Positions 39,972 through 48,409 of a stretch of 64,000 bases of DNA are shown here, in pieces (the stretch's first letter is position 1; the number at the start of each line of letters is the position of its first letter). Under the pieces are notes generated by a model. That model had not been told where the DNA came from, did not search any database, and was given only the letters and a program-made list of their open reading frames with translations. This DNA comes from an uncultured Planctomycetota bacterium. GTDB taxonomy: Bacteria; Planctomycetota; Planctomycetia; Pirellulales; Lacipirellulaceae. The stretch is from NCBI GenBank assembly GCA_963719315.1, contig CAVRBU010000005.1, forward strand, positions 128,001 through 192,000, read 5' to 3'. The position numbers and the translations under genes were made by a program.

Positions 39972-40066
39972 AAGCTATTAGCTATTAGCCTTTAGCTGTT
40001 AGCTCAAACTTCTGTTTCTTGCTTCTTCTTTCTGGCTAAGAGCTAACAGCTAATAGCTAACAGCTT
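39972..40066. repeat. Inverted heptamer array, (TTAGCTG)n family
   Basis: AAGCTATTAGCTATTAGCCTTTAGCTGTTAGC...TTCTGGCTAAGAGCTAACAGCTAATAGCTAACAGCTT. Confidence 0.88.
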
Positions 40067-40072
40067 CCCCAA

Positions 40073-40143
40073 AGCGGGTGAAGGGAATCGAACCCTCGTC
40101 ATCAGCTTGGAAGGCTGTCGCTCTACCATTGAGCTACACCCGC
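40073..40143 (-). tRNA. tRNA-Gly(TCC)
   Basis: Cloverleaf, loop CTTCCAA. Confidence 0.96.
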
Positions 40144-40148
40144 ACAAT

Positions 40149-40241
40149 GGTCGAGGGCTGAGGGTCAAGAGTCGAGAGCCAACAAAACGCCCCGCAGCAG
40201 CGTGCGTTCTGGCTCTCGACTCTCGACTCTCGACTCTCGAC
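40149..40241. repeat. Inverted heptamer array, (GAGTCGA)n family
   Basis: GGTCGAGGGCTGAGGGTCAAGAGTCGAGAGCC...TTCTGG(CTCTCGA)4. Confidence 0.88.
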
Positions 40242-40253
40242 GTTCTTCTTCAT

Positions 40254-40336
40254 TGGGGAGTGCAGGATTCGAACCTGCGAAGGCATAAGCCATCAGATTT
40301 ACAGTCTGACCCGTTTGACCGCTTCGGTAACTCCCC
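40254..40336 (-). tRNA. tRNA-Tyr(GTA)
   Basis: Cloverleaf with long variable arm, loop CTGTAAA. Confidence 0.96.
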
Positions 40337-40625
40337 GCGCTCGTTCGCAACTCGCCGCCGAGCCGCAACGCTGAGGACCGACTCGCCACGCTCGTCGAGG
40401 GCGACAGCGCTTTCGCAAGCGCTATTTCACCGCACTCGTCGAACGCTACTGGCTGGATGCCACAAAGTCGCGATCGTCCGAAACTTCGCAGACCACACTC
40501 ACACGACAGCGCCTGCCAATCGTCACGGCTTGCCCGCCCCGTGCGGGGCCACTCACCGCGGCGAACTCCACTCACCCGATCTCAAATCCGCCGCGCTCAC
40601 CCCACATCACGTCCACGTTTCGACG

Positions 40626-40698
40626 AGCTAGCGGAGGGACTTGAACCCACAACCTGCTGATTACAAATCAGCTGCTCTACCAATTGAGCTACGCTAGC
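40626..40698 (-). tRNA. tRNA-Thr(TGT)
   Basis: Cloverleaf, loop TTTGTAA. Confidence 0.96.
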
Positions 40699-41089
40699 GC
40701 ACAGTGGGGCAAACACGTGCGAATCAGTTAATATACCGGTCCAACGGCCCGCCGCAAGGGCGGCTGGCGAGAGATTTGCAGGGGTGAGCGGAAACTCTTT
40801 ACGACCGCCTATGTGAGTCAACGGATTAGATTCTGTGATTTCACCATGAGGCAGTCAAATCACTAGCCCTCGGCAGCGCCAAGACAAATCTTCTATTTAC
40901 AAGAAATTCGGTCGGCTAGCACATCCGTATGCAGCAGATACGCGTTGTGTGTTGCTTCAGTTTAGCCAGTTTAGCCTACGACGTCGCTCCAGCAATCGCG
41001 CGGAATTAACATTGCTTTGGTTTGTTCGAAACCCTGGCACAAGAATTTAAGGAGATCCGGTCAGTCTCAAAAACGACAACGCACACACT

Positions 41090-41263
41090 CTATCGCCCGC
41101 GACCAAACCATACGACAAATGGAAGAAGTATCAACCACGAAATTGCCGAGACCGCAACGGGGACCTTTATTAAGCGGAGGAGCATTTCGACCACTACATC
41201 GAAATGCGATCCAGTTCCGCCCATACCTCGCAAGTCGACAATCAGGAAGCTCAACCAAAATAA
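41090..41263 (-). pseudogene. 3' half of IS-interrupted membrane-protein gene
   Basis: Joins in frame to 45044-45249 once the element and one TSD are removed. Confidence 0.7.
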
Positions 41264-41284
41264 GGTAGTGGGCCAGTTTGCCTG

Positions 41285-42133
41285 CTAAAATTTTTCCGAA
41301 TGGCACGCGGCCGGCAGTAGTTCTACTATGTCCCGAATCGTCCATGTGCGTTTTGCGATTCCGATTGCCCGCGCAGGAGTCGTTTTCAGCGTCATGTGCC
41401 TGCGAACAAAGTTGTGGTGCATGAAGTCTAGGGCAATCGAATAGGCGAGATTCTCGGCCTTCTTGCTGAAAGCATTCGTGAGCCGTGTAAAGCGGCGATT
41501 CTTCATGCGAATGTTGAGGTTCTGTCGCTCGGCATAACTGGTCGAAACGTAATCGGGGTCGGGGTCGCCGTCGATCCGCCGCTTCTCAGCCCCAAGGCAT
41601 TTGCCGGGGCTGTACCGCGTATCTGGCTCGCCTTCCGTGCCGTACAGCTTGATTAGCTGGGCATAGTCCACCGCTCCACCTAAGTACGTCTCCACGGCGC
41701 CCAGGTACACCCGGTTGCCATCCGTCGTCAGTTGCACACGGTTAGCCAAGCGGTCCGCAACGTCGGAAATAAACGCATGGGCATTGGCAGCGTCGCGCGC
41801 TCCGAGCTTCCAGCTAACCATGAGCTTCGTTTCGGCGTCCATCGCGGTCCAAGTCCACATTGAACCGACGCCGGGCATGCCACGCATTTTCTCTGGCAGA
41901 TTCTTCTCCTTGGCGTAGCAGAAACACCAAATTTCGTCGCATTCCAGGCGATTGCACGGCAAGTTGCGGAGAACGGCGTCCTGATATTCCAGGCAGGCCT
42001 CGCCAACCATGCCCAAGAGCTTCAAAACCGTGTCTTTGGCTACCCCCGTCATGCGGACTGTCGAGCGGATCGAACAGCCTTCAACTAGGGCGGAAACCAC
42101 GGAAACTCGCTTTTCGGTGCTTAGTATATTCAT
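41285..42133 (-). CDS. IS1-like DDE transposase
   Basis: N-terminal HTH (EGCSIRSTVRMTGV), ECDEIW, TTDG, ERQNLNIRM..RRFTRLTNAFSKK. Confidence 0.9.
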   Translation of the reverse strand: MNILSTEKRVSVVSALVEGCSIRSTVRMTGVAKDTVLKLLGMVGEACLEYQDAVLRNLPCNRLECDEIWCFCYAKEKNLPEKMRGMPGVGSMWTWTAMDAETKLMVSWKLGARDAANAHAFISDVADRLANRVQLTTDGNRVYLGAVETYLGGAVDYAQLIKLYGTEGEPDTRYSPGKCLGAEKRRIDGDPDPDYVSTSYAERQNLNIRMKNRRFTRLTNAFSKKAENLAYSIALDFMHHNFVRRHMTLKTTPARAIGIAKRTWTIRDIVELLPAACHSEKF

Positions 42134-42139
42134 GCCCAT

Positions 42140-42240
42140 ATTATGCGTGACCGCTCTCGCATTGTCAATGGCTATTTGTGAAATTGTGAAACATGATTGC
42201 ACAAACATGACTTGACGGCGGGAAAAAGGTTCGATATGAT
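42140..42240. promoter_or_regulatory. Back-to-back sigma70 promoters (transposase and higBA)
   Basis: Minus: TTGACA-17-CATAAT, 6 nt before the transposase ATG; plus: TTGACG-17-TATGAT. Confidence 0.7.
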
Positions 42241-42274
42241 CTATTGTGGAGGTGCGGCAGATCGGAATGAGAGG

Positions 42275-42583
42275 ATGGATGCCCGACACGACGATCCTGA
42301 GCTAGAAAAGGCGGAAACCGACCCTAACTATAAGGGAGGATTGGACTTAAAGCGGGTGCGCGCCCTTCGGAAGGTAATGAACATCGTTCGGAACTACATC
42401 CGGAATGAGAGCCAGCTTCGCTTCTATCCCGGTTTGAATTACGAGCCATTAAAGGGGAATCGCAGTCACCAACATTCCATGAGACTTAACGATCAGTGGA
42501 GGCTAATCATCGAAATCGAAAAGAGACCAGGACCAAACAATAATGTCTGCGTCGTGAAAGGAATCGAGAAACATTACGAGTAG
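42275..42583 (+). CDS. higB: HigB/RelE-family toxin
   Basis: YEPLKGNRSHQHSMRLNDQWRLI motif; GAGAGG SD. Confidence 0.88.
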   Translation: MDARHDDPELEKAETDPNYKGGLDLKRVRALRKVMNIVRNYIRNESQLRFYPGLNYEPLKGNRSHQHSMRLNDQWRLIIEIEKRPGPNNNVCVVKGIEKHYE

Positions 42584-42597
42584 GAAGGAAGGACGCG

Positions 42598-43734
42598 ATG
42601 GCGATATTCGTAACGGCCGAACCGTTTCATCCCGGCGAGTACCTCAGCGATATGTTGACGGCGCTGAGCTGGACGCATGATGACTTGTCCGCCGTAACTG
42701 GAATCAGCCGCCGACAAATAATTAACTTGATCCAAGGCAAGTCTGGCATCACGCCGGAAACAGCAATCAAGCTTGCTGCTGCGTTTGGCGAAGGCCACGA
42801 CGCAATGGGGTGGATGAACCTACAGTCTGCGTATGAGCTTTCGCTGACCGCGCAAAAGGATCGAGGTATTGAGCGTCGTGCCGCCATCTTCAAGTGGATG
42901 CCTGTTCGCGAACTTAAGCGCCGCGGATGGATTACTGAGTTGGACAATGTTGCCGCCCTTGAGTCGGACGTTTGCAGGCTTGCGCAGACTCCAGGAGTGA
43001 ATGAGCCATCACGATTGAGAGTCGTTGCTCGCAAAAGCACCACATACGAAACAGAAACGGGTACTCAGCTTGCGTGGTATGGTCGCATATACCAACTTGC
43101 GCAGGGCGCACCCGCCGCTCGGTATTCTGCGGGCAACATTGATGCTGGATTGCCGGACCTATTGAAACTGGCGGCGTACCCTGAAGATGCCCGGCGTGTT
43201 CCAAAGGTACTAGCAGAAATGGGAATTAGGCTTGTGCTCGTAGAGCACCTTCGGCACACCAAGGTGGATGGTGCGGCGCTGTGGTTGGACGAAGAGCGCG
43301 AATCAAGCCCCGTTATTGGCCTCTCGTTGAGATATGACCGGATCGACAATTTCTGGTTCACGCTTCTCCATGAGATCATGCACCTGAAAAACAAAGACGA
43401 GCCACACATTGACGAGGACACTCTGTCGATTCAGAGACGGGACGATCTACCGCCATACGAAATTAGGGCCAATCGCGAGGCGGCGGACAAACTGATTGCA
43501 CCACAAAAGTTAGAGCAATTCATTGCGACCAATAAGCCGTTTTATTACGAGGCCAGGATCGTGCAATTTGCACAGCACAAAGGCGTTCACCCAGGAATCG
43601 TTGTCGGACAACTGCAAAATCATCCGAAGTCAGGTTTCGACTTCAAGCAACTGCGAAAGTTGCTCGCCAATGTCCGCGAATTCCTTTTGGGAAATGCTAT
43701 TACTGATGGCTGGAAATTCAGGCCAAGCAATTGA
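42598..43734 (+). CDS. higA: HigA-type HTH antitoxin fused to ImmA/IrrE-like metallopeptidase
   Basis: HPGEYL...ITPETAIKL..W.NLQ; RYDRIDNFWFTLLHEIMH (HExxH), E..AN. Confidence 0.9.
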   Translation: MAIFVTAEPFHPGEYLSDMLTALSWTHDDLSAVTGISRRQIINLIQGKSGITPETAIKLAAAFGEGHDAMGWMNLQSAYELSLTAQKDRGIERRAAIFKWMPVRELKRRGWITELDNVAALESDVCRLAQTPGVNEPSRLRVVARKSTTYETETGTQLAWYGRIYQLAQGAPAARYSAGNIDAGLPDLLKLAAYPEDARRVPKVLAEMGIRLVLVEHLRHTKVDGAALWLDEERESSPVIGLSLRYDRIDNFWFTLLHEIMHLKNKDEPHIDEDTLSIQRRDDLPPYEIRANREAADKLIAPQKLEQFIATNKPFYYEARIVQFAQHKGVHPGIVVGQLQNHPKSGFDFKQLRKLLANVREFLLGNAITDGWKFRPSN

Positions 43735-44240
43735 GGTTCAAGATGATTGGTGAACTTGCCATTAATTACGGCGAAAGCCTACAGCATTACGCTGATGAAT
43801 ATTTCGAGGAATCCAAAAAGGAGTGCGCGACCGCTAGAGAAATCGCGGTTTGGTTAATTCAAACCGGCCGATGGGAAGCGCCGCCCGATGTAACGATCCG
43901 CCAGTGTCGCGAGGATGTGGCGAGGGCAATGCGCGAGCAGTATATCAGGGATGATCGCGGCCGGTCTGTTAGAGCGAAACACGTCGCTCGTCTCACGCAG
44001 GGCGGGCAGCAAAGGCACATGTGGGCAGATATTCGGCGAACCAATCGCGAGTTTATGGAAACCGCATTGCAGCAACGCCGGTGCCAGATTGTTGGCGATT
44101 GTCGGCAGCTTAAGTTTGACGCCGACTACTACAACGATGCGAACCCAGACGAAGAGCCGATCCAGATGTTCTTTGACTTCACAGACGAGTTGGAGCAAGC
44201 AGAACTTCCGACTGAATACCCACCCAAAAAACCACGTTGA
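43731..44240 (+). CDS. Hypothetical protein cotranscribed with higBA
   Basis: Overlaps the higA stop; 169-aa ORF; start uncertain. Confidence 0.75.
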   Translation: MRFKMIGELAINYGESLQHYADEYFEESKKECATAREIAVWLIQTGRWEAPPDVTIRQCREDVARAMREQYIRDDRGRSVRAKHVARLTQGGQQRHMWADIRRTNREFMETALQQRRCQIVGDCRQLKFDADYYNDANPDEEPIQMFFDFTDELEQAELPTEYPPKKPR

Positions 44241-44318
44241 AAGGAACAAAGGCGACGACACTCGTTTGGAAACCCCACACTCTCACCGGCGCCCACGTCG
44301 AGAATGGAGGTGAGGCAT

Positions 44319-44422
44319 ATGTCGAAGTGTCCCCCACCGGCACCCAAAAAGCCTGGGCCGAAGACCGTTCCCGTGCGCCGCACAGACGGTCCCCTCCCAG
44401 GCCAGCAAAGCCGTGTAAGTAG
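44319..44422 (+). CDS. Putative Pro/Lys-rich micro-protein (probable frameshift near 44377)
   Basis: SD GGAGGTGA at 44306-44313; MSKCPPPAPKKPGPKTVPVR then PHRRSPPRPAKPCK. Confidence 0.4.
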
Positions 44423-44493
44423 GCGCATGTCAGCGCCGGCGAGTGCCTCCGCCCTCCATTATACGACATTCAGTTAAATCGCGCCAATCGAGG

Positions 44494-44747
44494 TCAACTC
44501 GCGCTTTCCTTGTCTTTCCATCGCGCCTTTGCGGCCTTCCGCGCGCTCTCACTCCGCTGTTCTTTCGTGAGCTTCGCCGCGCCGCTTTTCCGCCTTTCAA
44601 CCCGCCCTTGCGCCCGAGGGCAACGGCGGCCGGATTCTTTTTCTTAGGCTTCTCTGGCGGCGCGGCTGCGCCAGTGGCCTGATCGACGATGGCACGGGCA
44701 ATCTGGTTGAAATCCTTGGCTGGCTTCTTGCGTGAGCGGTTTGGCAT
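44494..44747 (-). CDS. Small basic KGG-motif protein, 1-nt deletion near 44582
   Basis: KNPAAVALGRKGGLKGGKA / AAKLTKEQRSESARKAAKARW; TATACT 6 nt before ATG. Confidence 0.8.
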
Positions 44748-44826
44748 GGCTAAAGTATAACCCACCGCCACGGATTGGCAATTAAATTGTTTCGTCCAGT
44801 CCACATTTAGCCGATCCTGGAGGTAT

Positions 44827-45024
44827 ATGATGGCAAAGAAACGAAAAGCCACGCCGCGACGCACGCGACGTATTCGCGATGACGCATCTATTCCAGCCGC
44901 CGAGCGCGCCATCGAGAAGACGATGGGGTTTCCAGAGGGCTCGATCAAGCTGATGTATCCGAGCGGCCGGAAGGCACGAGCCGATTCAAACGTAGAGCAT
45001 TTCCGAAAGCGGTGGAAAGCTTAG
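44827..45024 (+). CDS. Small basic hypothetical protein
   Basis: GGAGGT SD; stop 2 nt inside the right TIR. Confidence 0.75.
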   Translation: MMAKKRKATPRRTRRIRDDASIPAAERAIEKTMGFPEGSIKLMYPSGRKARADSNVEHFRKRWKA

Positions 45025-45043
45025 TTCAAACTGGCCCACTACC

Positions 45044-45249
45044 CAAAATAAAGAAGCCGCTACCCACGTGGCGGCACCCCATAACAGCCACGCCCTATAC
45101 ACACTTCTTAGTTTGGCAGTTGGATACAAACGAACGCATACCGCGGCAGGAAACGCGAACAACGCGATCATAACGCAAAAAGGAAACACTTCGTCCCAGA
45201 AGATGAACTCGTCAGCACCAGCAGTCGAAAGTACCACGAATTGCCTCAT
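45044..45249 (-). pseudogene. 5' half of IS-interrupted membrane-protein gene
   Basis: MRQFVVL...two hydrophobic helices ending at the TSD. Confidence 0.65.
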
Positions 45250-45291
45250 GTTGTGAGCGAGTTTCTTTATAGCCAAGACAGCTTATTCAAC

Positions 45292-45736
45292 TCAGCTACC
45301 AGGCCAATTCAGCCGCCAACATAATGCCAAGAAGAGTGCGGTCATCGTGCCGCACGTTCCTTGGCGGGAATCCAAAACGCAGCACAAGAAAAGATCGCTC
45401 GCATTCGTATAGCGAATTCGCTTGGCTTCACGCTGATCTTCACGGTAATCCACTCGCAGCACCCTTCCGATGAACCAGCACAACAGCGCAAGAGCGGTCG
45501 TTCTGCCACGATCGACGGTCCTGGCGAAAGCGCACGTAGGCACCGGGAATTTGCTTGCGAACCGCAGCCGCCCAACGGTCGGCAAGCCCGACGTACTTGC
45601 CAATATCGAGATTAGCAAGCGATGGAATCCCCCTTGGCTGGCCCCGCCAAGTACATGATTACCGGATCGACGCGGGCATTTCGTCGTCCGACATCCCGAT
45701 CAACTGGCAAACGCCCGGATCCTGCGAGTCTGCCAT
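45292..45736 (-). pseudogene. Degenerate transglutaminase-like gene fragment
   Basis: DLFLCCVLDSRQGTCGTMTALFLALCWRLNWP motif; broken frames. Confidence 0.4.
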
Positions 45737-45957
45737 TACTCACTCCCGCTTCGCAAACAACTTCCGGTCATTGCTCCGGGAGTATGTTATAGCGTGGGAT
45801 TTGCAAATTGGAAGAATCTTCGCTCGAAAATAACAATGCCAAACGCAGACGCCTTTTTTTCCGAGAAATGTCCAGTCGTTGACTTCAAATTCGTTTAGCA
45901 GTGATAGCATAAAAAAATCGGCAGCGTTCACGAGGAACGCCGCCGATTGAGTTTCCC

Positions 45958-46020
45958 GTAGCAACAGGCGGCTCGCCTGTTGCGGTTATTCAGGCGGCGA
46001 CAGGCGAGCCGCCTGTCGCA
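45958..46020. repeat. REP doublet (GTAGCAACAGGCGGCTCGCCTGTTG and inverse)
   Basis: Inverted pair just after the sigma factor stop. Confidence 0.75.
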
Positions 46021-46029
46021 GGGTTTGCT

Positions 46030-47697
46030 TCATAGCGTATCGAGCAGGATTTTTTCCTCTTTCGCCGCTTCGCGCAGCTTCGAGAGAGCCCGCGCTTCGA
46101 TCTGGCGAATCCGCTCTTTGGTCACGCCCAGTGAGGCCCCGACTTCCTTAAGAGTCTGAGGCTCCTGCGAATGATCCAGGCCGAACCGCCCGATGATGAT
46201 CTTCTGCTCTCGCTCGTCGAGCCTGCGTAGAATCCGTTCGATTTGGGCCTCGCGCGTGTTTTGTGCGCCTTCTTCGACCAGCGGATTGCCGCGGTGTTCC
46301 TGCGTCGCCGCGAACAACTCGTCCTGGCTCGTGCGGAATCGATCGCGATGCTTGAACTCGCCCGGAATCGTCCTTGCGAAATTCTTCATAATCGCCCAGC
46401 TCGCATACGTGCTGAACTTGAAGCCGCGGGCGAAGTCGAATTTTTCGACGGCCCGTAGCAACGACATATTTCCATCGCTCACCAGCTCGAAGAAGTTCTG
46501 ATCTGGCGTGACGTGCCGCTTCGCGATCGATACGACGAGTCGCAAATTGGCCCGCGCGATTTCGTTCTTCGTCGCCACCGCTTGCAGATGCAGCGATTCG
46601 ATCTCGTCCATCAAGCTGGACTTCGGCTGTGCCGGGTCGAGCTCTTGGCGAAGTTTGTCGGCTCGATACTTCAAGAAGTTATACTTGCGGAACAAGTGCG
46701 CTTCCTGCTCGCGGGTCAGCAGCGGCATTTCATACAAGCTAGCCAGGTAGGGCGGCAGGCCCGCCGGGCGGCGCGCCTTTTTGGTCGGCACATCGCTGTC
46801 CGGCATCGGCCCCAAGCACGCCTTCTCCGCCCCCTTGCGGCTGAACCGCGGATTGGGGATGTAATCGAGCGGCAACTCCTTGATCCGGGCGGCCCGAACT
46901 TCGTTGATGACGCGATAGATCGTCGTCTTCGTGCGGCCGAACTGCTTCATCAGCTTGTCGACGGACGTCCCGCGCTTGAAACCCTGGTAAATGCGGGTCT
47001 TTTGCAACTCGGTGAGTGGCCCGTTCAAGTCCGGAAAAATCGCCAGTTCCGGATGCTGCTTGTCGAACTGCCGGATCGTCGAGCGGATCGTCTCCACGCT
47101 GCGACCAGCCCGCTTGGCCAGCCGGCGGGAAATCTCCGATTGGCCGCCCCCGGAACTCGCCAGGCGGCGAGCGCGGTCGATAATCTCTTGTCGCTGCTCT
47201 TCGGTGAGTTGGCTAAATCGTGCACCGCGGGCCACCCGCTCGTGATTCGACTTCACGAAGCGATCCACGCTGCTGCGCAGAAAGCCCACGCGTTTGCGGC
47301 CATCGAACACCAGCCGACGGCTGACCAGCCCCAACTCGCGCCACCGCGAAATTGTCTTGGTCGAAACGTTGAATTGTTTGGCGAGCTCCTCGACCGTGAG
47401 CACCTGCTCGCCAATATTGTCGGCCGTCATGTCGGCAGAGTCCGACAGATCTTCGACGAACAGCCGCAGATCGTGGCGCAGATCGTCGCCTGTGATCTTG
47501 GCCGAAACCGTTCCGTCCGGCCGATACCCGGTCACCCGAAAGCAGACGTAGTCATACGGGTAAGTCTTCTCGCCGTCGATCTCGGCAATGAGTCGCTCGG
47601 CAGCTTCGACTTGCTGCAGCTTCTTGCCTCGCGGCGCAAAACGGATCTGTTGATCTCGAAGTTCACGTAATGCGGGGGTTTGATATTCTCGTTGCAT
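46030..47697 (-). CDS. Sigma70-family factor with long HTH-rich N-terminal extension
   Basis: Region 2 ANLRLVVSIAK/FKFSTYASW, region 4 TLKEVG..GVTKERIRQIE. Confidence 0.93.
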   Translation of the reverse strand: MQREYQTPALRELRDQQIRFAPRGKKLQQVEAAERLIAEIDGEKTYPYDYVCFRVTGYRPDGTVSAKITGDDLRHDLRLFVEDLSDSADMTADNIGEQVLTVEELAKQFNVSTKTISRWRELGLVSRRLVFDGRKRVGFLRSSVDRFVKSNHERVARGARFSQLTEEQRQEIIDRARRLASSGGGQSEISRRLAKRAGRSVETIRSTIRQFDKQHPELAIFPDLNGPLTELQKTRIYQGFKRGTSVDKLMKQFGRTKTTIYRVINEVRAARIKELPLDYIPNPRFSRKGAEKACLGPMPDSDVPTKKARRPAGLPPYLASLYEMPLLTREQEAHLFRKYNFLKYRADKLRQELDPAQPKSSLMDEIESLHLQAVATKNEIARANLRLVVSIAKRHVTPDQNFFELVSDGNMSLLRAVEKFDFARGFKFSTYASWAIMKNFARTIPGEFKHRDRFRTSQDELFAATQEHRGNPLVEEGAQNTREAQIERILRRLDEREQKIIIGRFGLDHSQEPQTLKEVGASLGVTKERIRQIEARALSKLREAAKEEKILLDTL

Positions 47698-48409
47698 GGT
47701 AACACCTCTTTCTTCTGCTACCGTCGCCTCCTACGTTCTTGTGGTGTTCCGTGCGATTCCTTCGCCCACAGCCGTGTCATTCAATTACGCACCTCAACTC
47801 GGCAAGGTGCGTGATTGTGAGACAAGGCAAATCTGCCAACTGCAGCTTTCGGTTGTCGATCTATTTGCTTACGTGGTTTACCACTAAGTTTTTGCGATTT
47901 TCGAATTCATGTTCTTTCGTCGGTATTGCTGGCGTGGCAACTCAGGCCGGCCCTTCCTTATGGAGCAATTCCGGTGCCGCTATTCCCAAAGTGACCGGTT
48001 TGCTGTCCCAACGCAATTCGCCGCTAGGGGGGAATCCTTGGCAAGTCAAGTCGCAGCAACACAATCCAAGCTGTCATGTTGTACGCATTTAAGTCGAAAC
48101 AGGTCGAGCGAAAGTTCGCGCAATTGGGTAAATTGGACTGATATCTTCCACGTTGAGAGGTAACTGTATCAGATTCATCCACTTATGGTGTATTGGTTTG
48201 CGTCGATTTCTGTGCCTGCGGAGGCCGTGTTGGCGGTTGACCTTCCAACGATGTGGCGGAAGCAACGAATCTTACCCATCTTTACATTTTGGGGCCCAAG
48301 TTACTCAGGCGACTTTTCGGATGGACAGCCGATCTCTTGTTGGACGATTTAGCCGAAAGCGAGCCTGTGCCTAATTGGCAGGCCGTTGTCCTCCAGCAAG
48401 GTTGCAAAT

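Larger units (their letters stand above)
41264..45043. mobile_element. IS1-like transporter IS with passenger genes (3,780 bp)
   Basis: Perfect TIR GGTAGTGGGCCAGTTTG at 41264-41280 and 45027-45043; TSD CAAAATAA at 41256-41263 and 45044-45051. Confidence 0.92.

Noticed and set aside
40956..40974. CAGTTTAGC tandem resembling the IS end
   Set aside because: Lacks the GGTAGTG terminus and any TSD.
42134..42289. N-terminal extensions of the transposase and HigB shown in the ORF track
   Set aside because: They overlap each other and the promoter pair; starts at 42133 and 42275 fit the promoters and SD better.
40626..45960. tRNA-anchored integrative island
   Set aside because: The accessory block is on the 5' side of tRNA-Thr, with no integrase and no duplicated tRNA 3' end. 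The IS explains most of it.
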